From assembly GCA_002245135.1 (NCBI GenBank), contig NGBS01000005.1, positions 124,001 through 188,000 on the forward strand: a DNA stretch of 64,000 bases, given 5' to 3'. Shown piece after piece: positions 25,886 to 40,928 of this stretch. How positions within the stretch are numbered: the first letter of the stretch is position 1; each line of letters opens with the position of its first letter. Source of the DNA: Proteromonas lacertae (taxonomy: Eukaryota). A model generated the notes under the pieces. That model was not told the DNA's origin, ran no database searches, and worked only from the letters and a program-made list of their open reading frames with translations. The position numbers were made by a program, and so were the translations under genes.

Positions 25886-28815
25886 CTAACAGAAACTAGA
25901 AGGTCGATAATAATCATTTGGATTATAATTACACTGATATTGAGTTGGAGAAGTATTCATATATTGAATATTTGATGCTCCAATCTGTTGTAAGTTATTA
26001 CCATTACCACTATTACTCATACTTCGTAGTATTTGTGTAGGTGATGAAGTAGTTTGTTGTTGTTGTTGTTGTTGTGATAAAGAAGTTGTAGATGACGATG
26101 ATAACTGTTGAGGTAATGGACTATTACTGTAACTTGGTGGAGAAATACTATAATAAGAAGCATCAAAACTATAACTTACATTACTATTATTTGTAGTATA
26201 ATTGCTTGTATTATAATTGGGTAATGAATATGAGATATATGAATCATTATATGGGGTAATTAAACCTATTTCATAACCATTATTATCACTACTTCCTCCA
26301 CCACCACTACTACTACTATAACCATCTCTAATTATTTTCCTATTTCTTTCATTATTAGATATTCTCTTATTCTTTTTACCTTTTACATTTGTTGGATTGT
26401 TGATATTATTCAGCAAGTGTTTATAACAATCATCATTTAATTGTTCAGTTAAAAATACATAAGGATTATACGGATGGTTTTTAGTAATAGCAAATATCTC
26501 TGGATATTTTTCTAAGAACTTTTTCAAACCACCAAATTGTTCTCGGAGTGTTTGAGTTAGATTATCACATGACAAACAATCTTGTAATAATTTACCAATT
26601 TCACCAACTGGAGATGGACCTTTGTCTTTTAATATATCAACTGTTAATGATAATAATGCATTTTCTGTAACTTCATTTTCTAATAAATACGCACTATGTT
26701 CTAATCGATCATATAATATCTTTATATCCATTGCCAATGAATTCTGTGTAAGACTTAAAAAGTAATTGGCTTCAATATTGACTGGATCAAATATACTACT
26801 GGATATTCCTGTTTTTGTTAATGTTTCTTCAAATAGTTCTTCTATAACTTTATTCTCTATTTCTGTACTATTATTACTATTACTATTTTGATTTGTATAG
26901 AGTTGTAACAAATGGTTGATTTTGTGTTGCGCAAATGTAAATAATCCTGGTAATATATCTTCTTTGAAATCTTTAATAGGTTGAGATATTAAATTATGAT
27001 TAGGTGATAATGGATTTTCTATATTAATCGACTGATTCACAAATGATGTAATTCCTACTGTTGTATCTTCACTCTTTTTTCTTTGATTTGGCTTGTTATA
27101 TAGTTGAATATAATTCACCATAACAGATGAAGGAAAGAATGGATTATCTTTAATATCTAATGACTTATTATTATTATTACTATAACTATTTAACGATTCT
27201 ATTCTATCTAACATAACGACATTATTTTGCCAATCTAAACTCTGATATTCAAAAATAAAATAAAAGAATGCTTGTAACGGATTGTGTATATTTTGACCAT
27301 AAACATAAAAAATATGTAAAATTAATGTATACAAACCGTAACTATTAACATATAAAAATAATATAAACAAAATATAAATTGTTATACTCTGTAATATACG
27401 ATAAGATGTTTATATGACAATACTTATAATAATCATAGACACAAAACGACTTTATAAATATAATAGTCAATTTCAATAAATTATTTTTAATATTCTCATC
27501 TATTTCTTCAATAAAAGTATGAAAACACAAATCACTATAATTATTCGAGATAATTTCTAAAGGAACACTGTTCACGACACATTTCACGATATTTATATTA
27601 TTCGTATATATAAACTGAATATCAGTAATAACTACTTCACCATTATTGTTATTAGATAATATTTCATTCACTTTGATATACCAATTCTTTTCTTGTCCTT
27701 GACATAAGAATGGTGTAATTTGGATTGCTTCATTTGGTAAATTAATATGAATTGAATAAGCACCACTTTCATAACAAGTTGCACCTAATGCTTTCTTTAT
27801 TAAATTAGTTACATAAGTATATACTAAACCTTGTCTATAAATAGTCTCAAATGTAGGACACATTGAATGTATAATATTCTATTATAAATATTAATATATA
27901 TATTTATATATATATTATTATTATTATACTATTATTTTCTTATCTAATAAAGTAGGTTGTATGTTATTTGGTATACTATTTCCTAGTAAATAATTCATAT
28001 TATCAGTAGTTATTACTGGACTAGACCAAGTATTAAATGATTTATCATAATCCATTACAGGTGATATATTATTCGGTTCTACTATAGTATTGCTATTGCT
28101 ATTACTATTACTATTGTTATTTTGTTCGCTAACTAATGGAGATGATGATGATGATGATGATGATGAAGGAGTTACAGAAGATTGAATATTTCTTTTCATT
28201 TCTATTTTTAATTGTTCATTTTCTTTCTCTAACTTCATACAATAGTGTAATGTCTTATCATGCATTATCAATAATTTTAAAAGATTGTCGCTATCTGATA
28301 TAAACTGTGTAAAGAAGTCCTTTGTCCATAACTCATGAAATTGAATAACTTGATTCAATAGAGTTTCGATTATTTGTTCTAATTTCTCTTTTACTCCTGG
28401 AGATGTAAGACAGGCAAGATCAGATTTTGTGGGAAGTGGAGTTAAACTAGCTGTTAATAGTGTATTATTTACTTGATTATATAAATTTGTAAGCTGATCT
28501 AAAGAACGGATTACTTTCCAGCTTATATATGTCGTTTGATATTCAATTTCAAACGCTACTATCTGAATTATACTTGGAGCAATATCTACCTTAACTCTCA
28601 TATTTCCTACACACATACATAAATATATTACTATACCTGGAGGATAAGTGGTTACTATGTCGTTTGCTTTTAACAGTATGAGTGACAACCGTTGTTCATT
28701 AGACAGTTCAACCTTAGAAGTAATATCAACAGGCCATGAAGGTGGCGAAATAATATTGGAGCTTGTAGGGAAATGATTATCCTGAAGTATTATATCAATG
28801 TAAAGATACAGACAT
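25886..28815 (-). CDS. PX-like + inactive PAP/OAS1-type nucleotidyltransferase + LOTUS/OST-HTH-like fusion protein
   Basis: SWKVIRS..LPT (PX-like). CPT...YVTNLIKKALG...VKCVVNSVPLEIISN...LCFHTFIEEID...IIFIKSFCVYD...YGLYTLILHIF...PLQAF (PAP/OAS1 substrate-binding family). PVGEIGKLL...QFGGLKKFLEKYPEIF (winged helix). Small introns link the ORFs. Confidence 0.7.
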
Positions 28816-28964
28816 GATTAATGATTTATAGATTATATGAGTGGCTTATTAACTAATTTATCTATTAAAAAATATTTACAGTAAATGTATACCCTAAGAA
28901 TAACTAATTGATGTGTTTTCATTTGATATTTGTACTCAAACCTCACAAGCTTCTTTGACAAAAA

Positions 28965-29463
28965 ATGTCTGAATACACAGTTATTGAAGATAAGTCACCT
29001 ATAACAATAAAACAATTGCAAATAGTATTGAATCATATAACTATTTTTAAAAGGAAATTGATGGAAACAAGACTGATATTGTTATTCAACTATACATAAA
29101 TCAACCATTTATAATTGTAACACAGTATAAATCTATTGGAAATATTGTATAATATATTTATATGAAAATATTAGTATTCAGCACAATTTGATGTTAAAGC
29201 TGCAGTAGACCCTTCATCATATGTATCATTTATATTGTTATATTTTTCTATAGTCAATAAAAACAATAATGGGTGACGATAATAATGAGACAAATAATTT
29301 GGTTGTAAGACAGATTTTGTTTATAGTAAAGTATTAAAATCGTTATTATATTCATAGAGAATTAGGATTCAGTTGTGTATTAGTTGGAATTGCATTAAAA
29401 ACAAAAGATTTAGAATTATTAAAGCCACTATTAGATTTAATAAAGCAAGCATTAAATGTATAA
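28965..29463 (+). CDS. PSMG3: Proteasome assembly chaperone 3 (missed by the ORF track; four tiny introns)
   Basis: Spliced: MSEYTVIEDKSPITIKQLQI-EIDGNKTDIVIQLYINQPFIIVTQYKSIGNI-...KTIMG...-ELGFSCVLVGIALKTKDLELLKPLLDLIKQALNV*, matching the PAC3 pattern (VTQxxKxGxL, LLxxALK). Confidence 0.8.
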
Positions 29464-29512
29464 GAATTCTATATATTTTTATTTTTGTAAACAACATAAT
29501 ATATAGAGAAAA

Positions 29513-31068
29513 CTAATAACTAAATAATAATTTACCTTTTCCCTTTGGCTTTCCCCATTTCTTCTTTTTCTTCTTCTCACCATTATCTTCTTCGTTCAAA
29601 CTATTCATTCTACCCCATATTCCTCTTAATTCATTCTGAACAGGGGGATTAACACCAATATTAGTATTATCTCCACTTTCAGTAGAACCATCTGTAGTTG
29701 TAGTTGTAACAGTGGTTGTGTTAGGTAATGGAGGTAACATATCATTAGTAACAACAACATTTGGAATATAATCTTCAATTATCTCTTCCCCAAAGTCATC
29801 ATACATCACTTTTGTCTTTTCTAATATTTTCTTCTGTTTATATTCTTTCTTTTTACGTTGTCTTTCACGTTCATGAACAACATTCTTAATAAGATCAAAT
29901 GATTCTTTAGAAACTAACTTCCTCATATTCACTTCACAGAATTGTATAAAACTGCCTATAGGAAAATGCCTTAATAATTTATATTGACTCTTTGTTTCAT
30001 CTAACACTTGAATATTATCTATTTCAACAATATCACTTTGTATATTTAATGGTAAATTATCATAATCATTTCCATATTCATATAATAGATTCTTAAAACA
30101 AAATGGATGTAGAAATATTGGTAAACTAGTGACACTTTGATAAAAATAAAATTTTGGTAAATCTTTTGTAGGATCAATGTCAATCTTTAGACTATTTTCA
30201 GTATTTATGTTCTTTTCAATTTCTTCATTAATTGTTGATAACATAATGAATGTAATATTCTTTTCTTTCTCTAATATATCATCATATATATATTCATCAT
30301 CTTCATGATATCTTTTACTTAATTCATCTATTTGATTAAGATAATTTATTAAATATATTTTATAAAAATCATTGGTCATTATTACATATTTAGTGTAATA
30401 TAATTTGATTGAATTCTTAGATGAATATGGTTCAATGAGTGGTAACAATGGATTTAATTTGAACTTCTTTATTGTATATGATTTATCATCATCATCTAAT
30501 ACTGGATAACAGATAACACTACCATTTATTTGTTCAATTAAATTGAATTGTATTTTTTTATTTACACCTAATTCTTCTGTTATATACATAATGTAACAAG
30601 GTTTTAAATAATTGCTATTTACTGTAGATTGACATATTGGACAGTAACACCAACCACCTTCATACTCGAGATACTTTTCAATACAGGTAATACAGAATAT
30701 ATGACCACATTTAGATACATATGGACATAAATGAGTTTGTAGACAAATAGGACAGTATGAATCTTTTGATAATGGACATATTACCAGAATAACTGTTTCC
30801 CAATCTATATTAACATCTGGTTCATAACAATACTGTTCGTAAGAGAATTTTGGATTAAGAACAAATTGATAACTATAATAATTATATATTATTGTATAAT
30901 TACATACTTTGAAGGAAATGGAGTGTGTTTCACAACTGTATGTTGAATATTTGTCTTTCTATAGGTTTCATGTCTCTCTTTAGGTAAAGGAGGTGTAGTA
31001 AATGGTAAAGAGTCTTCTATATGAATACCAGATCTACTTTTCTTTGATGCTCCTTTCTTACTTGACAT
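29513..31068 (-). CDS. RNF10: RING E3 ligase, RNF10/Mag2-like
   Basis: YEPDVNIDWETV, CPICL...SKCGHIFCITCI...WCYCPIC, FYFYQS...IFLHP, YKLLRHFP...FCEV, basic C-terminus ending KLLF. Confidence 0.8.
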
Positions 31069-31096
31069 GAAATTCAGAATAATTTTATTGTTTCAA

Positions 31097-31110
31097 GGCT
31101 TGAGGCTTGA
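31097..31110 (+). promoter_or_regulatory. Tandem GGCTTGA-GGCTTGA in the 62-bp RNF10/thioesterase bidirectional promoter
   Basis: Two adjacent copies between ATGs at 31068 and 31131. Confidence 0.6.
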
Positions 31111-31130
31111 TAAAAAGAAAAGTCTTAAAA

Positions 31131-31723
31131 ATGGCTAGTGCAGTTCCTGATGACTATGATCAACTGCCCAAACCTATAATAATACATACACAACCTAATG
31201 GTATACTATAGATATATAATTTTCAGATTCTGATGCAAATGCTGTTAAAGAATTATTTAACAATCCAAATTTTGATCAAATAGATTTTAATAACATTTAT
31301 ATAAAAGAAGGACATTTTATTTGGGAGACTTTAAGAGGTAGTGACAAAATCAAATCTGTAAGAATATTTACTAGTAAAGATAGGTCAGAAGTACGTGTAA
31401 TATGGGAATTGGGAGATAAAATAGTTGGATACCCTGGAATGGTACATGGTGGTTTAATAGGAGCATTATTTGATCAATCATTTGGTATTGTAATGGCAGT
31501 TAAAATAGGAAGAGCATTTACTGCTCAATTAAATGTAACATATAAAAAAACAACCAAAACCAATCAAACAGTTATAATAACAGTAAAATTAGAGAAAATA
31601 GAAGGAAGAAAGATATATTTAAAAAGTGAAATGAACGATGTTGATGGTAATGTATTATCTGAAGCTGATTCAATATTTGTTAAAACAAATATAAAACAAG
31701 CTGTTGAAAAAGCTCAAAAATAA
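31131..31723 (+). CDS. Hotdog-fold thioesterase (THEM4/PaaI-like)
   Basis: GYPGMVHGGLIGALFD, FTAQLNVTYKK, EGRKIYL; ATG at 31131 with one small intron. Confidence 0.85.
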
Positions 31724-31871
31724 ATTATAATTAATATTTTTTAAATCTTTTTATAAATCCCAATAACAAAACATATTTTTACTTAACAAATGATTTAAAT
31801 CGATTATATTTCCTTATATTCTTATAACACTGATTTTAAATGTATTAACATCGAATTAAATTAACCTCACA

Positions 31872-34147
31872 TTATTTAATTTCGCTAAATTCAGGTATTG
31901 TTGATAATACTTGAATATTCTTCTTAAACTTAGAATTATCTTTAAGAGATTCATATATTGGTTGAAATGCTTTCTTGAATACAGGTAATATCTCTGGTAA
32001 TAATGTAGTTAACAATCTACGAACAACATAAATACCGAATCTGTGTTGAATAACGGTTGTAAGATGTCTAGGATAACGAACTAACTCATTAACAATCTCA
32101 ATTTGAATTTTATAATCATTTGTTTGAATTAATTTCTCTAACACATTTGAGCTATACTTTTGCATGCATAACTTAATAATTGATCCTTTTATTGTCTTTA
32201 CTACATCATAAGAATATTCTAATTTTCCATTTTCTAAAACATATTGTAAAGCATAATTGCCATATTGATTACCAATGATATCTTTTGTATGTGAAATTAA
32301 CGATTTGGCTAATTTTACTTTTCTATCATTTTCAGCAACTTCATATGCTTTCTGAACAACATAACATCCAAACTTCGTAATAGAAATCGTACCAATATTA
32401 TTCTCAATAATGTTATATATAAATTCAGTCATTTTAGTTGGAAATATCTCTAAACAGAGTTGTAATACATGATTACCATGAGGATCTTGACATAATGACT
32501 CAATATGAGGTCTTAAACATTCAATTATAATCTCAAACTGTTCACTAGTTGTACAACTCTTAACTAACCTCTGCATTGATCTACTACCATGTAGATTAGT
32601 AGCTGATGAAATGAAATAAGGTTTTATCTTATTCAATATGGAGGTTATTTCGTCAGAATCAGTGATGAAGTCAAATACTTTTTGGAATAAATAATTACCA
32701 AATGGATCTATTATAATCTCTTCATAATGATCCTCTAATGCGCTTAATACTTTTACCAAATTATTTACTGGGTCTTCTTCAATCTTAGTTTGTAATATTC
32801 TACAATTCTGTTGATTTTTAGGTAACCATTTTAATACATTATTACTATTACTAGCAACATTATTATTATTATTATCATCGTCATTGATTTCATCACTAAT
32901 TATACTCGATACATTTAAATTCGATGCAGAGGATGATGCTGATGATGAAGCAGAAGCAGATGAAATCATATTATTATTATTATTAGATGGTGATATATTA
33001 CAATTATTACTACTATTTACCATGTTACTACTACTATTATTATTATTACTGATACTATTCACAGACGTAGTAGATGAACCTGAATATTGTTGAGGTAACA
33101 TCATTGGAGATATTGGTGGTGATATTGGTAAATGTTGTTGTAATGACATATTGGGAGGTGATTGATTATACTTATTTACATCACACCATTGAGTAGGAGA
33201 TGATGATGATATATACCCATTATTATTATTATTATTATTATTGCTACTTATTATGGGTGATGATGATGATGATGGTAATGGTAATGGTGGAGGTGGTGGA
33301 GGTGAATGTAATACCATACGATTCATACCATTTACTACATTTCTCATTTCATAATACTGATTAACTGGTGCTGCTGGAGGTAAACCTGGATTTCTCTTAT
33401 GGATTACCTGCGGTGGTAAATGCATACCTGGTGGAGGTGGCATTTGCTGGGGTGAATGCTGTTGCATATACGGATATTGCTGATTAGGCATTTGATATTG
33501 ATATTGAGGCTGTGGTTGCTGAATAAATTGGGGTTGGCGATAGGGTGGCTGGTGATTAGACATCTTTGGTTGAGGATAATACTGATATTGTGTAATTTCC
33601 ACCGGTTGTTCTAAGTAATCTGGTAAAAATTCTTCACTCTATTATATAATAGTATATTAATATACAGAGCTATAACTTCTAAAGGATTCTCCACCTAATT
33701 GAGAATTATTACACTCATTGAACATATTGTATGGGATTGGTGGTCTATGTCAATAATAGATGATAAATATTCATACTGACTGTAGTGGTCGTGAACAGCT
33801 GAGTCTGAAGTAGAATGAGTTTCTCTGAATCTCTGTCCTAAAGGCATTTGACCTTCTATAGCATGATTAATAAATGTTGTATATATATACGGACTTGATT
33901 ATTTGGGAAAGAATTACGTGAAGGACGTAATGTGTAGTTTCTAAATATGAAATAGAAGGCAACAAATATACACTGTATTATACTCGCTATAAGAATGATC
34001 GCTAGAGTCGCTTCCTTCTAATTGATAAAATGTTGGTGAGGTTGAAACTGGCGGCGCGCCCACCTCATAACCCATGGAATAATTATATTTGTTGTCATTT
34101 TGCGGGTAACTAAAACCGGGAGGAGAGTATTGATTGTTGTTTGACAT
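31872..34147 (-). CDS. Pumilio/PUF RNA-binding protein with Q/P/N-rich N-terminus
   Basis: PUF repeats CRILQ, FGNYLFQK, HGSRSMQR, HGNHVLQ, FGCYVVQK, YGNYALQ, YSSNVLEK, FGIYVVR. Confidence 0.9.
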
Positions 34148-34431
34148 GAGGATGATTCTTTATAAATTTCTTACTTTAAAAGGCTTATAAATGATACGAT
34201 ATTTCGAAATAATAATTTCAAGGACGATTCTAGGTAAGATGAAATAACTATAAAACAAGAATGAATTTTTGAAGGATTTTAAAAAATTAAGTCGTTATTT
34301 GTGATTTTCGTTTCTCAATTTTAAATTATTTTGCTATTTTCGTTGTTAAACTTAATCGTCTTGTAGGGCAAATACATTTTTAACCCTCGTACACATATAA
34401 AAGTCTTATATAAAAGATTAATTCATAGGTT

Positions 34432-37400
34432 TTATACACTATAATTACTACTAGAATCGGAATCACCTTCATAACACTCGGATACATCTGGAGTGTTGCA
34501 TTCAGATGGAATTATAACCTCCTGAACCATTTGCTTTAATAACTGGACTTGATTGTACAGCTCATTTGTTTTTGTAGTTCCATCCTCGACTTGAGAGTGT
34601 AACTGGTTTAAAGATAATGATGTGTTGGGCTGACTGACATCAATTGAGAAGCTCGAAGTCTGATTATAGATGATATCCAAAGATGCCGATAAATTCCACA
34701 TTACATACGATTTCCATTTCTGATAGAATGAATTTATCAATGACTTTTTACTCAATTTGTATTTATTCACTATCTTTTCTAATGATCTTATTCTCATGTC
34801 CATATAAAGGTTATGGTCTCTCCATTTCTGAAAATATGACTTTTCTAATCTTAAAACAGCCTTTCTAACAACATGTGACAACACGATCGAAGATGATACT
34901 GTCAATTGTGAATTAATCTGTGAATTCTTCTTTCTGTAATACTCAATCACATTATTTCTCAATTTATCATATTTTGATCGTAATACATACACTCTAATAG
35001 CTCTAGTCATCTTTAATAATTTACTGTAAGTTGACATTGCTATATCAGTATAATCCTTCCATTTATCAAAACCTTTATTTAAATATTTTCTATTATAATT
35101 ATTAATAATATGATTCAAATGAATCAACTTCATATTATTAAATTGTTGTTTGTTATAATTATTGGTTAGTTCTAGTTCTTTCTTCAGTTTATTAAATCCA
35201 TTATTCAATAAGTGTTTATTGTGATGCAAGAACAATAAGTTTAATAGATTCAATCCATTTATATATCCATTCTTATACTTAGTATTATTATTTAATAATC
35301 TCACAACATTCTTTTTAATACATTTCTCTACATATTTATTAAATACATTTATTGCTTCAATATATCTATTTCTATTATCAGCATAATCTTTCCACTGTAT
35401 TATGGCATTTCTCATTGAATTGTTAATATAAATTGTATTCAACATGCTCAATTGAATAGATCTTTGAGATTCAATATTCTTTTCATTATATATGTATTCT
35501 CTCCATCTTGTTAAACACTCTGATGTTATGTTATCATATCTTTGATTCATTTTATTATAAATATATTCATAAGTCTTAAGGTATTTGAGATACTTTCTCC
35601 ATTGATTGAATCTTCTATTTTGTATATAATTATCATTTCTTTCTGCAGATTTATGTAATAACAATATCAATTTTTCTAATCTTTGTTTATGTAAATCACT
35701 ACTCATCTTAGATTCTTTCAATTTCATCATTACATGGTGTAATATATTGTTCTTTTTAAGTCTATAAGTTATTTCTAATCTATCACAACCAGCTATTCTA
35801 AATCGATCTTCTTTCACTTTATTCAATATAAATGTCTTCCATTTATTCATTGCTATATACAACTTCAAATTACACATATAATTCAATATTTGGTATATTA
35901 ACATCATACTAGATCTTTGAACTGATTTTATATGTTTAATTTGTTCTATTTTTACATATATCAAAGTTTCATAGTAATGACAATACTTTATATACTGTTT
36001 CCATTTCTGTATTGCTTTTAATTTCTTTCTTAACATGCATTCATTCACTATGCAATTTAACTTTAGTAATGATGATGATCTAGATGACACACTATCTTCA
36101 TTTATTCCATCTCTATTGTGTATTTCTTTCCAATTATTTAAACATTCCCTTTGAAGTCTTGTATCGATAATTTTATTCATTTTTTCTATCATTTTTGTTT
36201 GATTTTGAGATTCTACTACCATATTCTTCCATTTAATAAAACTTTTGTATAATTCTTTGTTGATCATATTGTTACGTATTATTTCTATTGTCTTTAATGA
36301 ATGAATCATCTTATTCTTCTCTCTAATCTCATTTTTCCATTTATTGAAACTATTCGTTAGCTTATTCATTTCCATTTTCTTTATAATATTTTCCAGATTC
36401 TTTTCTTTTTCAACAGACTTATTTCTAATCAATTTCAACTTATTATAGGCATTTTGCAACTTGTATTTCATATATTTATTCAGTATAACATTCAAATAAC
36501 TAACAAAGTATTTGTATAATGATATTTTAGATTTCTTCATCTGTTCTTCTATATTTTCCTGATGTATTTTGTTTTTATACCATTTACTAAAAGCATCCCT
36601 CATTCTATCTTTTTTAAACTTCTTTCTAACTTCCTCCAGTAAAAACAAACTGATATATTTCTCATTATTTTCATATTTCTTTTTATTACTATTATGTAAT
36701 AACTTGATAAAAGCAGATTGCAGTTTACTTCTATTCTTAATCACTAATAATCTTTCCAATATATTTCCACCTAAATTTACCTTCGTAATATTCAATGATA
36801 ATGATTTTACTTTCAATAGTAATGTGTAAAATGCTTTTGCTAATTGATATGAGAGTATTTTATTTGACAAGATATTTAACTTCTGAACAGCATCCTTCTT
36901 TTGGATTTTCATTAATTTTTCATTATAATTAGAATCAGTTTTAGTCTGACTGATTAACCGATTATATTTCTTCCACTTATTGAATAAATATCTTTCATTT
37001 GATTGTTTTATTACACTAAACAATCTCTTAATAACATTATAATAAGTGGATATCTCTTTAATTCTATTGAAACCATTTCTCATTTCACTGATTCTGATTA
37101 TATCATTGAGTTTATTCAAATGATCCATTACTGATTTTAGATATAAAGTTCTATTCTTCCAATATATATAATGTTTAGTTAAATTCATTCTTTCTTTAAT
37201 CTTAAACATAGCTTCTAATACTTTAAATGCATAATTGATATTATCTCTTCTTAACAACAACAACATCCATTTATTTAATGAATTATGAAGTTTATTCCTA
37301 TTATGATGATTCAACAAAGTTAAGAGTTTATCCAACCCATTCTCTATATTATTATTACTCATTTTTTTATCTTTATTAATATTGTATTTCCATCTATTAT

Positions 37401-40400
37401 AATATTCCAACAGTTTTGACTTCATATAATTACTTCTAATCATATTTAAATGTTTTAATAGAGTATATTGTTGATTATTATTGTTTTGATTTTCTATTGT
37501 TTTTAACTTATTATTCATCTTCAACTTCATATATGCCTTATATAACAACTGTTTATTTTGATTTGTCTTTATTGAATTCAATACATGTAATTTTCTGTAT
37601 GTATTTAGTTGAAATTTCCATTTATTCATACAACTGACTAGTTGATATTTCTCCAATATCATTATCATCTTTTCCAACTTCATTTTCATTTCCTTCCTCT
37701 TTTCAGCAGCTTCTTTCCATTTATTAAATATTTCATTCAATATTTTCTTGTTATTTTGTTTAACTAACATCTTTTCAAGTATTTCATCATCTTTCTTCTT
37801 TACTTCTTCACATTCTTTATTCACTAAATATAATTTCCATTTATAAAATGCAGTATATAATTTGTTATTATTGATTTTACTTTGAATATTATAAATATTT
37901 CTACATCTATATAATTTCTTCATTGATTTTGATTCTTCACTTTCTTTCTTGTTTATATGATTCTTCTTTAATAATGAAAATGCTAATGATATATTCCTAA
38001 CATACATTCTATGCAATATGTTATATAATAAACTCTCTACATATTTACTATATAGCATATTATAATGTAATTTGTGAAATGAGTGTTGAATTACCATATT
38101 ATTTCTATTCTTATATATTTCTACCAATCTTTTGATTTTATTGTATTTATTATCATTTTCTTGTTCTTTATGATTAGTATAAGATTTCCACTGTTTCATA
38201 ACTTGGGTGAATAATCGCTTATCTCTTTTCAATATTAATGTAGCTAACAATATCTTCAATCTATCTTCATTCTTAAACAAACTATTCCATTTTCTGATTG
38301 ATATTCTCTTTAGATACTTTTTTAAGATTATATTAAGTCTTTCTAGTTTATATTTCATTCTTAATGGCTTAATGTAATCTTTCCAAGTGTTATAACATCT
38401 TTCAATTCTATCCATTTTCATTTTTGTCAATACAGTATTCATTCGATTAGTAGCTGATATTCTTTTATCTGAAGTGGATTGTTGTTCAATTGATTTAATA
38501 TAGAAATGCAATTTATTGAAATATCTAATCTTTATTTGCCTTATTCTGTTTTTGAGTATTAATTCTAACTTATCTAAGGCATTTTTCATCTTTATTTCAT
38601 CCATATTAAGAGTATTAATCCATTTATGATATGATTTTGATACTGTTAACTTGTTATGATGGTTTAATAATGAAAATAGTATCGTTATTGCTGTATATCT
38701 ACATTTATCATCATTACTCATCTCTTTATCAATTAACAGTGAATTATATTTCATTAAATTGAAGGATTTACATTTGATATACAGTAATTTAGATTTCATC
38801 ATTGTTTCTAGTCTTATTAATGAATGAATTATTGATATTTTATCTTTCCATTTATTCAATTTTGATCTTAATATCTCATTGTAATAACGTTTACTCATAT
38901 TATCTAATAACAATAATCCTTTATATAAATTCTGATTTGTTAATTGTGATTGAACTCTTAAATAGTTCCTATTATTATTCAATTGATTAAAACATCGATA
39001 TAATCTTTTACTACAATTTGATTTATACATTTTCACCATTATATTAAAACCTGTTGTTATATTCATTTGTTCCATTAATTCATTGTTAATTATATCCTTC
39101 CAAATATAAAATGCTTTAATTACTTTAGATTTTAACTTATTACTACATATGTTAAACAGTATATTGCAACCTGTATTATATTTATTTTTATACACACTAT
39201 TCTTATATAAACTTGTGAAATAATTTGATAAAAGTTTATATCTCATTCGATTATCCAAGTTAACAAGTGCTAATTTCTTTTGGTTATTTTCTAACTCTTT
39301 TTTATTCAGTATCTTACTCATTATATTACTTTTATCATTCCATATTCGATAATAATAATGTATAATATTCTGTTGATGTTTATTATAAATCTTATTCAAT
39401 ATATTTATAGAATTTCTTTTTCTCTCATTCTCATATTCAATATTATTGACATATTCTATCCATATCGATTTACTGTGTGATAATCTTCGTTTATAATAAT
39501 TCAATAATGAATAATATAACTTATAAAATCCAAGTATATGATTGGTTTTAATATCTAATAATGATTTCCTTTTAGATGCAGCATTCTTCTTTAATGCTTC
39601 TATCACTTTATGATACATTTTATATTTGTATATTTCACCAATATTCTTCAACAATTTCTCTTTTAATTTGTTTAATAAATCATTCTGTTTCATTTTACTT
39701 ACTGCTAATTTCCATTTATTATATTTTTCATTAATTCTTCTTTGTTTATTGATTTTTAATATTCTATTAACTTTCTCAATAAATAATTGATATTTCATTT
39801 TTCTAAATAGTTTTTTATTCTTCTTATGATTAGATATATATTGTTTCCATATACCAAAATATGCATGTTTTAATTTGTTGTTATAATTCTTAATAATATT
39901 CTTATATATCATTGACATACCATAATTTAACATATATTTCCTCTTCATCTTCAAATACATTATTAATATTATCATATTATATTTAATTATGCTGTGTAAT
40001 TTAATTTGATATTTCCACTTAGTCCAACCTCTAAGTAACTGTTTTTCTTCATTTCTATGAATTATATTATATAACAATGCTTCAGCTCTTGCTCGATTTC
40101 CCATTGACTTTATATAAATATTCCATATTTCAACTGCTTTTCTCATTCTTCTCAGCCTGATCTTATCTAATGCTGAAAATAATAACTTTAATCCTTGGTT
40201 GTAATTTTGAGTTGCATTTACATCAATTTCTATTTGTGGTCTTGTTGATCTTTTTCTTTGTCCTGTTGGTGGTAATTCTCGTACTATTGATACTCTGTTG
40301 GATGTTATGGATATACGAGATTGACGTCTTGAATTGGGTAATACATCTGCTGGTGGTAGTTCACCTTGAAAATCACCTTTTGCTAACATCCTCACTGATG

Positions 40401-40791
40401 GAAGAAGAAAAATATGTTTTGATATTAGATTGTTTAATGCCACTTTATCCTCTATTACACAAATATAGCAATTAATATACTATCTTTTGGATATAACTTT
40501 TTTGCAACTTTCATTAGTGCCTCTACAAATGCTTCGTATGTTAATGTTTCACTTCTTTCAGGTAATGACTCTACAAACGCCTCCTTCACAAAATCAATGG
40601 TAATATTATCATCAATAACTCCTTTACAATCAGATATTAATTTTACAAAGACTTTCTCATCTATTGAATCATTATTTTTATAGATTAATACCAACTGTTT
40701 TTGTACGCTTTCCTGATCCTGTAAATGAAAGAAACTCGAATACGTGTCTCAGTGTAACTTTATACGCTGAGCTAACATACAGTGAAGCCAT
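34432..40791 (-). CDS. ~2100-aa protein: N-terminal p25alpha/TPPP-like domain + long array of Sfi1-like (L..F..WK) repeats
   Basis: Spliced N-terminus LRHVF...VDEKVFVKLISDCKGVIDDNIT...LTYEAFVEALMKVAKKLYP. About 30 copies of (F/Y/L/M)xxW(K/R/N) preceded by Leu-rich helices, plus Leu variants, in the 2003-aa ORF. Confidence 0.75.
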
Positions 40792-40928
40792 GTTTAATTC
40801 AAAAATTATAAATCAAACATGTTTGTAATGATAAAATATTTGATCGTTTCAACAAAAATATGAAAAAACAAAAAAATATGTACACACTATTCTAACTATT
40901 ATTATAAATACATTAAATAAACAAACTT

